Assembly: GCA_037379345.1 (NCBI GenBank)
Contig: CM074515.1
Location: 47,745,743 to 47,809,742 of the forward strand
DNA length: 64,000 bases
Reading direction: 5' to 3'
DNA from: Perna viridis
Taxonomy: Eukaryota
Part shown: positions 37,629 through 53,050 of the stretch, piece by piece
How the letters are laid out: each line of letters starts with the position of its first letter
Position numbering within the stretch: position 1 is the first letter of the stretch
Program-made: the position numbers and the translations under genes
Notes under the pieces: model-generated
Told to the model about the DNA's origin: nothing
What the model saw: only the letters and a program-made list of their open reading frames with translations
The model's database searches: none

Positions 37629-39287
37629 GTAAGTAATGTTTTTGCTCTTACAATATGTAAAAATATTTTGTATGCTCAGCTGATTGAGTCTGTTTGTTGT
37701 AATATCTAATGCTGATTTAAAGCTGGAAACTATTTGTAAGTAAACTCTGGACTAACACAAAGGCTGGCCATGATGTGTATGCCCCAACGTGAATTTGTAC
37801 CTTAATTTATGCAATGTTTATGTTGTTTCTGATTTATAAGATACGGTACATATACAGTTGTACATTTGTTTGTAGGTAGGGATAGCAGTTGTTAGTTTTT
37901 ATGTTTACTATTATTAACCATTACCTTTATGTGAACTCAATAATTAAAAATAGTGAGTATGGCAATGTATATCACAATTGCTCTTCCAGATTTATTCAAA
38001 ATTGTTCAAACGATGTGGTAACTATGATCTGTGTTACAAAAAGAAGTAGATTGATTTGCTACCCCAAATTCAGCCTTTTGATATGACTTTCATATTCATA
38101 TTTCTTTGAATATACATAAATATATACAAATTGTATATGTAGTGAGGCTTCATACCTACTGTACGTGTACATTGTATGCATTTTTCATAAAAAATTACAT
38201 TTGTACAATGTATGAGTACGCTAGATGTAACTATACATGTATCTTTATTCAAAACTATGGAGCGGGTAAAACTCTTCGTTGATTTTATTGTAGCAAGAAA
38301 CAAAGCGAGGAAAGGTAAAGTATTTGGATAGTATAGGAGACATTTTGTTTCTCCATTACTACCAAATGTATGACTGACATTCTTCAAATTGTTTGAATTT
38401 TTATCTTGGCTTTGAACAAGTTCAGTAAACAAATATTGTTTGGGTGGTTGTATTATTATGACAAGTAATGGTTAAGTGTGATTTGTTTGCATGGTGTACT
38501 GATTTACATGTAGTAGTGGCTAGATAGATTGTGTGAAACAGGAACAGATCCAAGACTGTTTTGCAACCAAGGCAATCTCCCTGAAAAAGCCAATTTATAT
38601 TTTATTTTTTTGCAGAAAATGTCGATATTTGAGGCTATTATGTACTACATACCCCTTTTGAAGTACCTTCATTATTGTACATGTAAATGTCATGGATCTG
38701 CTCCTGTATAATTCAATTTTTTAATATGATATTATTTGTAGGTTTAGAAAGTGTGTTTCTTGATTTTGTTACATTTGCTTCATTTAACTAACATGGTAAC
38801 ATTACTAACAAACTGATTCTCAAATCATTATTTTTTCCTGTATTTCTAAGTACATTGTCCATGTGTATGACTCAGAAAGTTGTCACCAGATGACATCAAC
38901 TTTTTAAAGTATTACATAACAATTTTCTTTAAACCCAATTGTTTTAATACAAGTACATGTAGTTTTCAGAAATCTGACTTTAGAATAAATTGTTTTCACC
39001 AGGTATATGTTATTTATATATTTAAACATAGGAGTACATGCTATTGTGAAGGAAAAACCTTCATTTTGCAATGAAATAATCAATTTTTAAAATTACTTGT
39101 ACATTTGTAGACAGCTGTACACTTTAAGACACAAGGAACATAAAATGAATTGTGCATGTCATTCACATAGGTATAATTTTTAGTTTTGAAACTCTCTAGA
39201 CCTCCATTTTCGTAAGAAAACTTAATCACTATACATTGTATTACTTTAGATGAAAATTACTGAAATGAAAAAAAAAATAAGTCAGTT

Positions 39288-39540
39288 GAAACAAGTACTG
39301 TCTTTAAAAAAAGATAGCAGACGCAGTAAAAATTTGTTCTTTTTACTTGTAATTTTCTACATTTTATTTAAGAAAATAAACACATGGCACATAATTTCAA
39401 TTTTCGGTATAGTTTTTTTTAATGCCACTAAGTTATCAGTATATAGCCAATCTGGAAACAAAATTGGAATCAGGTGACTTGCATTCCATAGAAGAGCAGC
39501 TTTAAGGTCAAAGGGTAAAAAGCGAAACTATACCGACTGC
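39288..39540 (-). repeat. Dispersed ~250-bp repeat, copy 2 (inverse of 6059-6308)
   Basis: ctttaaggtcaaagggtaaaaagcgaaactataccgactgc and flanks are the reverse complement of copy 1. Confidence 0.85.
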
Positions 39541-40423
39541 ATCAGAAAAAAAAATTGGTCATTCACTGACATAACTAAAATATCTCCCATTTACACAAGG
39601 TATTTATACATGTATTTAAATCTTGAATCACATGTATGTTTTAATGTACAATGTACATGTAGTTTTGCTAGCAGCTACAATGTTTTGCAGCATTCCTGCG
39701 CAAGTTTGATAAATAATTCAGAAAGCATATTGAAATCCAAGTACATGTACTTATTAATACTGTTCATGTAAGTGTCTATTGAAGCAATCCTGCATAAAAA
39801 TATCAAATAAATAATAATAAATAATCAAGTATGTATATTTTAGTACATCTACAAGTACATATATTAATTTTGAGGACACCATATATTTAAGTAACATTTA
39901 ATCTGAGTGAATCTGCTCGTGGAACCGTGATATTACATGTAACTCCAAAATGAATTGCAGTGTTTTGGCAAAGGCGCATGTTTTTTGTAAGTTCTGTAAA
40001 ATGCGAGTAAGCATGTGGTTTATCACTGAAGTCATGTAAAGTTTATCTCATCTTATCAGGCTGTTTCTATATACAAATTAGTATTTCCTGTAACCTTCCC
40101 AGTCTCATTGTATAACACTGTAGCTTCTTATGTTGATAAAATAGATTGTATCCAATAGATGATCAATTTCATAGTTGGTTAGAATTTTCAAATTTTATCA
40201 TTCTTCACGTACATTTATTTCTATGACTTATTTGATTGGAGATTACTTTTATAAAGTATTGGTTGTTATTTAAGTTTTCTACAGATTTCTCAATCAATAC
40301 TGTACTTCTTAAAATGACATTTATACATGTACATGTCTTGTCCTGTAGTCATGTATTTCTTGTAATTTACTTGTCTACAAAGGTTGCTTACTTAATCCTG
40401 ATTTTTTAAAATAACAAGTAATG

Positions 40424-40625
40424 TACTGTGACAGTCTGTGAGGTACCAATTTTGATGGTTTTTGTTGGTAGGCCAAACAACGAAATTTGGTTCCCAAAGG
40501 AAAGGAGATTTCCATTAATGTGTATACTGAAAACCTCAAAACCACGAATTCAAGAATCCACAAACTTGTGTTTCTTCACTAATCTACGAAAATTGGTAGC
40601 CACAAATTAAAGTACTTTCACAATA
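40424..40625. mobile_element. Degenerate MITE (TA-flanked, tactgtg…ttcacaata ends)
   Basis: Imperfect terminal inverted sequence and internal ccacgaa(a/t)t-type inverted motifs. Confidence 0.55.
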
Positions 40626-40854
40626 TATGTATTGTAAATGCTGGAGACTCTGAGTTATTGAACCTTTTCCCGTGCCCAGGTTAAAGTTAGATCTAAAGGA
40701 TATACATTTGTAAATTAATTAACTGAATGAATTTGTGTACCACTATTGTCTTTCATTTTGCATGAAGGTCAATATATATGTCTCATTATTCAGTTTTTTT
40801 ATTGTGATGTTGGAAAAGATATGTTTATGATGGTATTATTCATTCCATTTGTAG

Positions 40855-40913
40855 AAGAAAGAATGCCTTAATATTGAGAACACAACTGACAGTCAGAGTA
40901 CATGCTGTTATTG
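40855..40913 (+). CDS. FHOD3: FHOD exon (RKNALILRTQLTVRVHAVI)
   Basis: Matches FHOD3 ILRTQLSVRVHACI; tttgtag| and |gtaag; phase 2/1. Confidence 0.93.
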
Positions 40914-41449
40914 GTAAGTAAAAATTAACATATAAAACATGTGTGATAAGAAAAACTAATGAGTGATAGTTTAAGTCACGGTTTTGAGATGGAGCTTTGT
41001 TGATAATATAGTCCAATATCAATATAGAGCTTTAAGAAAACAATCATAGACTTTTGCTTTGCTGACAGATGAGTTCATGTTTTGAATGGACCTCTTTTAT
41101 ATATTTCATACAAACATCTTTTTTTTTCTTTATGAAACAAATAATTATCAGATATACATTGTAATGATGTTAACTGATGAAGCCCAGGGCCTATTTAGAG
41201 GGAGAAATGAGCAAAAACTTTTCCTTGTTTGTGCTCATTTCTCTAATTTGTCTTTGACAGGGAAAAGTTTTTGTAATAGATTACATGCATGTAGACAAAA
41301 ATTTTAATATTGTCAAACAGAATCCTTGTCGTCATTGTCTAGATTAGGCCCTGAGAAGCCAAATCTTTAATAAGACACCTTCTAAAATTCCTACATATTT
41401 TGAACTTATGAAAATCTGCCTTACTGATCAAAGGCATAGCTTTGGTTAA

Positions 41450-41625
41450 CAGTTGTGGATCCAGGGGTGTGGTGCAGGGGTTGACACCCCTCATTTTTAT
41501 TGGAAAATTTGTAGTTTTCATGGGTAAAACTGACAAAAATTGTTAGATAATGTCCTAGCACCCCCTTTCTTCTGAGGAATCCTGGCTGGCATCTCTCCTT
41601 TTCAAAGTGTCTGGATCTGCCCCTG
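41450..41625. mobile_element. MITE with cagg(g)gcggatccag-type termini
   Basis: 5' cagttgtggatccagg, 3' ctggatctgcccctg; GC-rich island in an AT-rich intron. Confidence 0.65.
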
Positions 41626-44600
41626 GCTAACACTTGCAGTCAGTGTTTCTGTGTTGTCTATACTTGTTGGTCAGATGTACCAAAGCTCAAGATTTTGATC
41701 CTCAGTATATAAATTTCTATCTACATGTACATGTAGGCAATAAGGGTTTTCATTCAATACCCTTGGATATATCAATTTTAAACTTCACTTAATTTCATTT
41801 TTAGAAACGTATGTTCATGCTGCTTTCTGTTTTAATAAGAATTAAATTGTTTACTATGAAACAGTTCTTAATGGTTTAAATATTGCTTGATTGAATGATA
41901 AACATCATGGGGGATTTTAATGTTACATAACCCCACTACAAACCAAAAATTTGTCCTCAATACCTGTAGGGGACATTTAACGAGTATTGAACTAATATAA
42001 TGGTGTTTAAACTGTAATCCTTGTAAAAATATTACAGCACTGATACCTACATCACAAAGAAAGGAATGTTCTATTATACCTACTAAATAAACACGAACTG
42101 CATTAAAATGTGTTAAAAATGTTTTGAAGTCAATATTTCTGGATTGAATTGTAGGTATATCATTCATTTTGTCAATAGGGGTGCAGTATTTATGGTGTGG
42201 GTGCCAATGTAATAGTGTTGATTGTATTTGTTCTGTGTCAGTCTAAAAGTTTTATTCAGGTTTAAATTGGGAAGATGATTCAGACAATCAGATAGGCCAG
42301 TGTGTTTAATGTGTTTTAAGATGTAAATTATTTCATCTTAATGACCTGTTGACTTGTTTGATTTGTCTGTATCCTACATGTGATGTATATAATGTATTAG
42401 TTACTCTTTTTTCAAAATTATTCCCTACTGTTGGATTTAGGAGTAAATACTTTCTATAGACTAATTGGGAACAGAAAAAGCTAGGGTATTATTTTGGAAT
42501 TCTGCATGACTTTTGAATAATTTTGCTTTGGAGAACAGTGTATATTCAGAGTTAATTTAGGGTAACAAAATCATGGCTGTTTATTTAAACACACTTACTT
42601 TAACCAATAAACAAGGGCCTTGTAAGAACCTCATTTTACAGGGAAGTAACACACTAAAGTTTTTTTTGTAAATATTCCTCTTTCTATCAATAGTCAGCTT
42701 GGTGTTGTACTACCCTAAATTGTCCTCTTACCATGAAAACAAAATTGTGTAATTTGATAGGAGTGTTCTTTAGAAAATATCTGCTTAAAATGTAGTTCGA
42801 AGTTCCCAATTTTTTTTCTCCTGTCTTAGCATTGCCAAAGTAGTCTATAAGGTCTATCCTTTAGTCTGCCTGTCTGTCACCCATTTATATGGGTTTTAGA
42901 AATTATAAGTTTTTTTGTTTTTTTTATTATTAAAATACTACTGTACAATAGATTTGCAGCAGCCAGCCATCAGCATTGTACTGCATGTACAAGATTTACG
43001 AAAATGTAGCTTTCAAACTCTGACACATAATTCTACAGACCATTTTACCCATCAAAATTAGATTTAGCGAATCAACCATTTAACTAGAATTTCATGGTTA
43101 GTTTAGTACCATAACAAGCCAGATAAATGAAGTTATTGGCTGAGCCAGACTACTTCATTACAGTGATCTGTCAAATACATGCCAAACTTTATTACTAGTA
43201 TGTACATTTTATGTATGAATTATATCATGCATCACTCATATTCAAACATATTTTTGATGTAATAGCTATTAAGTTTTTTTTCCCTCCAAAATTGATTATA
43301 TTTGCCCAGTATATTACACTTTGTATATTTGCGTTGTTATTGTATATTGATAAGCAGGTAGAAATTTGAGGAATGAGGATTTCATATTGGATATGTATAC
43401 ACATGACAGCTGTACACTTACAAAAATCCCTATATATTATTATTTTATATCAATCCATGTATTATGTGTTGGGTTAATGATCTGTTGTTCCTGATCTAAT
43501 GCCTGGACACAACTTACCAGTTTAAACAAATTGAAGCTCTTTGTAGAAAAACTGCACACATGTTTATAAAATTTAATTGCAACTCACACTTCAGTCACAA
43601 AAACATCCTTTTGTACCAAACCATTTCTTGTTTATACTTGCAACAACCACCCCAGCTCCCCCCACCCCCACTCCTCACCATCCTTTCAATAATGTCTGGT
43701 TAAGTATTATGACCATAATTTCACTTTTCAACATTCAGCTTATTAAATACAATGGAGGCACAGTTTTCACTCTAAAATGTTCAATATAAAGTTTAGCCTT
43801 AAGACTAGAACCAATGTCATTCTACAGGTCATTGAAGAAAGCATTTAAAAAAAATCTATTTAACAACATGTAGTAATATCAAAACCTCAACCATGAAATG
43901 TACATATTACAGACGTGTGTTAAAAACTTTCTAAACAAGCCAGTTTGATAACATTAGTTGTGTCACAAAAAGTATTTTAATTTATTTGTCCAGTGCCATT
44001 ATACTATAAAGCATGGTGTTGATAAATGGTTCAATAGAGTCCACCTGGTTAACACTTTCTGTATTAATTAACCAGAAATATACATTTTCCTTGCTTGTCC
44101 ACGTCTATTTCTTAGCCTTTAATCCCTTATAAGATTGATAGTTTATCATGGCCAGCTGATAATTATGTTTAAATTGTCTGGATCAAGAATTTAAAAGACC
44201 TTAGTACTAGTTTAAATGTCATGTCCCTATTTCCACTATGAGGTATCAGTCTTTGACAGTTACCTGCACATTGTCGATGGCTACTCCATTGTGGCATCCA
44301 CTTATATTCAAGTACAGATTATCATTTCTATTCAATTAGATATGACATGTGATATGCTACTATCTATACAAACAATAGGTAATTCCCCTATTCTTGCATT
44401 ACTACCTTGTGGTAGCTTAGATTTAAGATAGCTTCTGATAGACAAAATCAGTCACATATTTTTCACCACATTTTGGACCAGGTCTGAGTAGACTGTGTTA
44501 TGATCACACATTTTGTATAAAACAGATAATTATACAGTGGTGCTAAGCATGTTTATATTCATAAATAATTAATGTTTTTAATTATATGACATTTACTAAT

Positions 44601-45263
44601 TACACACATATAAGACTACATACCAGTAGTACATGTGATCTTGTCTGTCTTGGAATTTTATGCTGATCCTACATGTACATGTAGTATGTGTTTTCAATTG
44701 ACAAAACTATTTTTAAATTGATTAAACCTAATTGTTCTATATGTTTGGGTCAAATAAACAGTTATTTGCAGAGTGAAAAATAGTAGCCTGCCCGCAAGCC
44801 CGAGATTGGTTGTTTTTTGGCAGGGCTGGCTCATTTTAGCAAAAAATATGTAGCCATATAGTAAATATATTGCAAAATTATATTCAGGACTGGCTAGAAT
44901 TTGAGCAAGTTTCCTACCCTTTATTTGTGAGGAGATGGATTAAGAAACTAAACTTCATGTACATGTATAGTTTAACATCTATTTTCTGGGACATGTGTTT
45001 GTTTTGTTTGGGCATCAGCCTGAATTACACAAATAGGAAAACTATTTTTGGGTTGCCTTAGTCCCAAACTTAAGCAGCTATAACAGTTGATCCTAAAGTT
45101 TCTTTGGAGGATGTACATGTATTAAACTAGCTAATATAAATGGAACATCTTTTTTACGATGCACTTCACATAGAAAGATTTCATTTAAAATTAAGCCATT
45201 GGAACCAATATACTGTTTGAACTTTGTATTACTGATTTATCAGTGTTTATTTTTATTTTCCAG

Positions 45264-45331
45264 AGAAGCTATTGAATTCACATGGAAGAGAGTTGAGAAG
45301 AGCCTTGTTTTCACTCAAGCAAATATTTCAG
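45264..45331 (+). CDS. FHOD3: FHOD exon (EKLLNSHGRELRRALFSLKQIFQ)
   Basis: Matches FHOD3 EKLYNSSGRDLRRALFSLKQIFQ; ttttccag| and |gtgag; phase 1/0. Confidence 0.95.
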
Positions 45332-46714
45332 GTGAGAATGTATTTCATGCTAGTTTGGCTGTAGGCAGTGTGAAGTTTACCCCACACACTTCCATATGAC
45401 TAGACCACCTAGGTTTTTTTTTTGTAGGGCGGTAAACTTTCAATGGATGATTAGATTTCTTTAATATTAAGTTCTCTGTATCAATTAAATGCAGAAACCT
45501 TGTATTGCCCTTGGTGATGTATGTGTGTTAATCATGTTAATTTGCAAACATTGATAAGATACATATAATAAAGACTCATTTCTCAAAATGTGTACAGTAT
45601 AATCCATGGAATGACAAAATTCTTTGTCTAGAAACACCATGAAATATAAGGAGAATAGATATGATGAATATGTCAAAGAGACAACAACTCCATTGGGATG
45701 AAAAATATTAGCTAATGTGATTTTCCAATTACCAGTATAAAACTTACGACATTTCCTCAGTGTGGTCAAACCATGATCATCAGTATCAAACAAATCATGT
45801 TTTTTCATTGATGATTAAAATTCTTTGGTTTATATAAATCTAAGATCTCACAAACCATTGTCATATTTATACCAATGACCAAGTCAGTATTAGTGTACAT
45901 GTATACGGTCTATCAATGTATTCAGTGGATCCTTGGCAAACACTAATGTACAAAATGTACATGCTTCATACTTTAAAATCTGAAACTTACCCAATAGAAT
46001 CCTGCATTATAGGCATCATTATTATCAATTAAGTTTGATGACATTAAATTAAATATTTCCCCCTATATTTGTAATATCTTTGACTTAAGACATTTGTTCA
46101 GCATTGCTCTTCACAAGTAAATGGAATCCAGACAACTAGTTGTTGTATTTTAAGACTAAATGTTATAAAGGGATTCTTGAAATGAACATATTAGATAGCT
46201 AAGAATAGACAATTACTTGATAAACCATTCAAGTTCAAATAATGTTCTAGCTGTCTACTGATTAAAGTAGGCAATTATTTTACTTACTCAAAATTATTTT
46301 AAGAATCTGACCACGAACCAATTGAAAACTACACTTTTTGCCCACTACAACAATGGTTGTTGTTACTTTTACCCTGCAATAGTGCATGCTTTGTGGACCA
46401 CATCATTCATATATAGCTGAATGATTCACTAGATTGTGTAGCCACAAGTTTAAAACAATTACATCCAAGCTTTATTCACAAGGTTCATTCATGAAGCATT
46501 TCCCGTCCGCCTCCTAGTTTCAAGAGTCTTTCAATGTTAAATTTTCAAATTTCTTAATTTTCATTAATGCAAATTGCTTGTACAAGAAAAGAGGTGTTAA
46601 ATACATTTTGTAGATGTTAACTATTTCTGATATAAAGTAATGGTTCTATTTATTCCTTATAAGAGATGTGACAACAGGATTAATTTTAGAAATTGGTCTA
46701 TATTTCTTGTTCAG

Positions 46715-46820
46715 GATGATAAAGACTTGGTCCATGAGTTTGTCAACAATGACGGGTTGGACTGTCTTATTAAAGTTGGATCTGAGGCGGACCAAAATTA
46801 TCAGAATTATATTCTTAGAG
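46715..46820 (+). CDS. FHOD3: FHOD exon ([35 protein letters not shown])
   Basis: Hallmark FHOD FH3 motif [12 protein letters not shown]; canonical splice sites; phase 0/1. Confidence 0.96.
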
Positions 46821-48118
46821 GTGAGTTATTGCTATCATTCTAGTTTTTACCTTACCACTCAATATAAAGTACTCCCTTTTCCCAATAAGTACAAGGCACC
46901 TGTACTAACAATAGGTACATGTAAGTACCAATTCAAAGTCTTAACAAATAAATTAAATATAACCTGCAGATGTAGATTGTTTAGTTTAAAGTTCCTTATA
47001 GAATTATAAGAAATCCAAATTATGCTTTCTCATCATGACAATGTTAAGTTCTATGACTGATTGTACCTCCTTCACTGAAGAGTTTAGCAGGTTCGTTCCA
47101 TAAGTGTTTCTCTGTATATAAATAAATTGTAAGTGCCATAGGCAACAACGTTGGTGTCATGTTTCAGTGTACATGTAGGTGTTTCATTTGGAGACCAGTT
47201 AGTTTTTGAATTGTACTGATTAAAAGTTTGAAAGTCCAGAAGAGAGTTTTCATTGACTGTCTTTCAGTTGAGTCATGTTTAAATAAGGTGTTTTGGAGTG
47301 TTCTACAAATAATTTTTTATGTCTTTTTCCGGTTTATCATGACATATTGTACGTATCGATAAAATTGAATTTCTTTAATATCAAAGTAGAATTTGTACTG
47401 TGTTCATGCAGTTACTCAGTTCTATTTCTGGTGTATTCAAGTGTCAATTTGTCTTGGAACTTTTTCAAATCCTACATTTTATTTTTGTGAAAGTTTTACT
47501 CAGGCAATATTGTGGGTAATAAATTGAGAAATAATACTTTAATCTAATATTGATTTAGAAGATATCATTTTTCATTTCCTGTAATTCATTCTGATCATTT
47601 CAGGTTACCCGACAACACAGATATTGATCCGGTTGTAAATTTCACATCTTAAGAACAAAAATTTTTTTTGTTTACCTAACTGTAAACATTTCAATTTGTG
47701 AGAGAAACTTGAAATTGCATATCTTGCATTAAGTGTTAAAGATTACTCTTTGAGAAACTTTGCCAATTTTTTGACAAGTCAGTAAATATTCTCTATACCT
47801 GATAATGAATGCATGTTGCATACATGTATGATATAAACATACAGTTTTATGAATTGGTTCAAGTCGTAAATCTCCTTAAAGACTTCCTTTTCTCTAAGAT
47901 TTGAACAAAATTGATAACTAAATATGATAAATCAGTCTACAAGAAGAAGCTCTTTCATCTATTATTTGTCTGAAGCCTAATTCATTGAAAAGTATTAGTA
48001 AGCTTTGTTTTCATGTTTTTTGTATTAGTTTACCTTTTGTAGTTCTATGACTTATCATCTGTCATGTACAGATAAAGTGTAAATCTGTAGAGTGCAAAAC
48101 TTATTTTACTACAGTGTG

Positions 48119-48218
48119 TGAAACCTCTGCCAGCTAACTCGCCAAAGGCAAGTAAAATGGCATCACACAATGAAACCTCCGCCAGCTAACTAGCCAAAGG
48201 CAAGTAAAGTGGCATCAC
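48119..48218. repeat. Tandem duplication, period 52 bp, 2 copies
   Basis: tgaaacctc.gccagctaact.gccaaaggcaagtaaa.tggcatcac twice. Confidence 0.9.
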
Positions 48219-51200
48219 GTATTAAGTTGTCAAAGTTTCATCAGAATCCATTCAGTGTTTTAAGATGAGTTGTGGATTACAGTTTGGAACCATGGACAGC
48301 ATGAACACTATATTTCCTGCTTTGTGGGGGTGTAAAAGTGGAAGTATGGTAACTTGTAAAATTGGCAAAAGGCTACTGCTAATTATTGAGCCCTCAACTT
48401 TTCAGTATTGTAATGATCCTACACATTACAGTGGCAAGTTGAAATGTAAAATTACTTTACAATTCGGGGAGAAGATTAAAAAATGGTTTCACACACCATT
48501 ACTAAATTTAACCACTTTTAAAAACTGTTAATCAGTTTTTGAAACCTACTCTATGGCTTTATGTAAGATTTGAAGTGGTGGTATGTTTTAAACTAAGACT
48601 CATGGCTTTTTCCAGCATGTTTGGCCTTTACATTGAGCCACTATTTTAACAAACAAGAATAATCAATTTAACTGTTTTTTGTTGATGTATTTTGTAAAGA
48701 TATAAATTTCTCTGTTTACATATCAGCTTAGGTCTGGCCCAGGTTACCTGTCACTGTTCTCAGGACTAATGGCTAATGGTACCGACTGTGTAAATAGTTA
48801 AAATGTGTAAGACTAGGACCTGTTGTTGTTGATTTATATTCTATAGACACAAAAGCCAGGGATCTTTCTATAAACTGTCCCATGGGACTCTATCCATAAA
48901 TAATATCAATTATATAAGTGTAATAACACATAAAGAAAAGCCAATATTGTTAAATTTTGTTAAGGTGATGCAAGTAACAACTGGCAGCAAATACTTTCAA
49001 GTGTTGAAACAAATATTGAACGACCATTAAAGCCCACTTGGATTTATTTGGCATTGTATACAGCTACTTCTAACACCTAACGGATCTATATATCATCAAC
49101 TATAAGTGCTATATCATCAATTTATAAGTACCTATCATATATATTACACTTCAGTAGAAAAACATTGTTTAATCAATACAATCAGAGGATGATAGTATTA
49201 TCTTAGTGTTCTCATACTTTAGCAATGAGTGGTCCCCTGCTTGTTACTTAATTTGAACATTTAAGGACATTTTTAGCCTTCTCTTATCACTTGCTTTGAA
49301 TGCAACATATATTTCCTTATTGTCTTTATACCTTATAATACTAGGGTTGGGGTTCTAAGGAGGGAAACAGTATTACCTCATAATGGTGAAATGCAACAGT
49401 TATTGACCTAATTTAATTAGGTTGTGTTGGACCAGTTCTTTTTTATTTTGATTTAAAAAATATTATCAATATGGCATACATGTTATATACACTAACCACA
49501 ATATTAAAATAAGATACAGAGTTGAAAAAAGCACTCTCCTGCTGAAATTTCATGATGTGCAATTCAAAATCAACAGAGCATACCTGCTTGGACCTTTAGT
49601 TTTAGATATTTTTCTTGTTCAACATATAAGGGCAAATTAACTTAATTCTGGACAAGTTTGGTTTCAGCAAATCTTGCCCCAAGTTCAAACAAATTTTCTT
49701 ATAAGTTATAAAATTAGTTTAGAAAATATCTTGTATGGTGGTTGTGTTGCCCATTCAAAATTCATTATGTTGATTGTCTCACCAGTTCAGTTTTTAATGG
49801 AAGACCCAAGGCAATAGTATGTTATGACTGTCCCCGAATAGAAAGACAATAAGCAATGTAATTTTATGAAGGACTATCCCTTTAGTAACAGCTGTTAATG
49901 TCTCCAACAAAAACATGCTTTGAACAAAAAAATGTAAGTTTTATGGGACCCCATTTCTCCATCCTGTGACCCTGATCTATTGTTCGAGTGGTTTGGTCAC
50001 TTAAAATTGTTTACCAATATATCTGTCACTGCCTTGATTCATTTCCTGGACTCATTTCAGACAAGTATTTGTGGTTTGGTTCATAGTTTATTTAAAGGCT
50101 TAAATGTTTGGTGTTGAATTTTTATACTGATTCAAAACCACTTCAAAGCACCCCTTGTAAATATGTTCAGCTTTTAAAAGGAGGAAAGTAGATTACAAAT
50201 TGGTCAATTATTCTGAGTACATGTACATGTAGTTCTCCCAATGTAGCCACAAGTCCTAATGTTCAAGGCTAATAGAACTAAGGACTTGTGATAACTGACC
50301 GATACAATGAGAAACAAAATCAAAACCAAATACAATGTACCAATCAAATATCAGTCCTTTTCTTCAAAATTTTCAATGACTAGCCCAAATAGTAGAGGAC
50401 TGTATGGGATTCAACTAGCCCCAAAACAAGAAAAGTACAGGTCATTCCATTAGCCTGAATCAATTTTTACCAGCCCAGGGCTTTGGGCTAGTGGCTAAAG
50501 GAAATATAAAAACAACATAAAACAGGGGACTGGGGAATAGGATGGCAAATTTGTGGCCCTAGGTCTTAGTTAGAGGCGATTGAGACCAAATCGAAAAAAA
50601 AACAGTCATCATCAATAGAGTATGTGGTCACCAGCTGTTTAACTTTTAGCTAGGCCACTTTACAACTTATGGCATTAATGTTTAACAGTAAAATAGCACT
50701 GAGATCTAACTAAGTGCCCAACTTATATCAGTTATTATGATTTTTTATTTGATTTAAATGTCATACATTTCAATGTCAATGACTTATGTCAACTTTTTAC
50801 ATCAATTAATAAAATTGCAATGTCATACTAATGTCCAGCATACAGGGTTGAAAAGTATGATAAATACAAAAAAAATTTCTTTACTATGTTGTGGTTTTGT
50901 ATTGTTGTCCCCTAGGGGCTGTAGTATCATGTTGTTTAGACACTATTGAAGTGCTAAAAAGGACACTTGAGTACCATATAGACCACTTGAGGATCTAAGG
51001 ACTATAATTGGTCCTAATGGACTGTTTAGTAGGTGTTTAATAGATATTAATGGTCTAGTAATAAAATGGAGGTGGGTTAGACATGATGTGTATGTTGTTA
51101 AAGGCTATTTATTGTTTGTAGACATCATCCCAAAAAACTTGTAATAATTTATATCTGTGTATGTTGGTGCACACTGGTTTTTATATTAGGTTAGTATGTA

Positions 51201-52955
51201 AAAGATTTGAGGAGGCAGTGTTAGAAACTGAATTTTTTGTCAACATAAACCCATCATAATATTACATAGACAGCATGGTACATTTTAAAGCAACTCTAGC
51301 CAATTTCATTATAGACCTGCTTGATTTTACATAGACTTGGTCCATAGGTCTACTGATAATTTCTTTCACTGAGAAGGAATACATTTGATCAGAAACTTTA
51401 TTACTTTCTATTGTTTTTATTGCAGATTTTTTTCTATCTCAGGCTACTTGCCATGATTCTGATAGTAAAGTCAATTTCCATTGGAAATGTTCTGTCAAAT
51501 GCTGATAAACTTTGAATTAAGCCACCAGAATTACTGTGATCTTTTCTGTCTTGAATTCAGAACTTTCATTGTTATGTGTATTAAGAGCAACTTAATATTA
51601 CTTGTAGATGGCTACAAAAAGTTGAAAGTGTAAGGAAACAAAGTTATGATTCTCTATATGACACATTTTCTACTAAAATTATGACACACACACACAAAAC
51701 AATACCAATATGAAAACTAAAGGATGATATATGCGTACATGTACAAGAAAGATCCCAATCTTACATAATTTTCTTTATATTCTGCCAAGAATAGATGTGT
51801 ATTTTGGTATCAAATGTAATACCCTGATATTTTCTTTTTTGCTACTGAAGTCTACCTTCACCTGTAGATAATGTGACCTAGTGAATACATACATGTTAAT
51901 TACAACAGAGTTATAAGGAATTAACCCATATCTTAGATAATCTTCTAACAAATGTCTAAGCCAAGGAAACTATGATATCAGATTTTATGTACACCTGGTA
52001 TTGACTTAAGTACGGGCTAACTATCTTGTAATTACAAAATAAGTTATTGGAGATAATTGTCCCCAAAAAAGAAATTGTTACACCAAACTTTTTCTATTGT
52101 TCATTGTAGTTTTTGTTGATGTTTAAATTTGACTATCTAGGCCTATGATTTACAAAGGTCAAGGTTGTGTGGAATGGTAGAAATAATTGTACTTTAAGGT
52201 TATATATTGTGTCTAGGTTGTAATAAAAAGTACTATTTGAATCTTGTTTCTGTTTTTGAGGTCAAAGTTTCTGTGTTATCTAGGTGTAAGATCATAATGT
52301 TTTTCATGGATTCAATTAGAATGTATGATTTGCTGAAAATGTCTCCTCATTGCAGTCTTGGCAAATTGTTTAGGAACTTGTCTAACTGAACTTCCATTTT
52401 GACATTTTTCATACACAACCAGTCAAACATCTTAAAATTTGTTCTGGATCAAGAGATTTCCCATAGGTTTGACCATATGTGTAGGTAGGTAGTTCCCTCT
52501 CATTGCAATATGTTTTTTTTTTTATTTATTGTTTCAGTTATTGTAGTTTTCCTACACATTAATTTTTCTGTAAGTCATTTTCAAAATCAAAGCAGTCCAT
52601 TGGTGATTACAGTGCAAGGTGAAAGTTGTAACAAGAGATATCAGGCTGCCCATATATAAAGTTCTCTACATTATGCCGTAATGTTAAAATTGTTTTGGAT
52701 GCTTGAGGCTTCTCATCATGGTTCTGCAACTGGTCAGTGTAATTTTGCATTATTGTACAGCTCCTTGAATATCAAGTACAAAAAGCAACATGGAACTTTC
52801 GAAAAATAATAAAGTACATGTATGTGTACAAAACTAGCAGAATTTAGAAATGTTTCATTACTATTGGAGTCGTCACTGTACCAGTATTTGATGCATTATA
52901 CATGTAACTAAAACGCATCTATATAAATGAATCATTATGTTTGATTTATTTACAG

Positions 52956-53050
52956 CCTTGGGCCAGGTGATGCTGTATGTTGATGGTATGAATGGAGTAA
53001 TTAATCACAATGAAACAATCATGTGGCTGTACTCACTCTTATCATCGAAG
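52956..53050 (+). CDS. FHOD3: FHOD exon ([32 protein letters not shown])
   Basis: Matches FHOD3 [26 protein letters not shown]; phase 1/0. Confidence 0.96.
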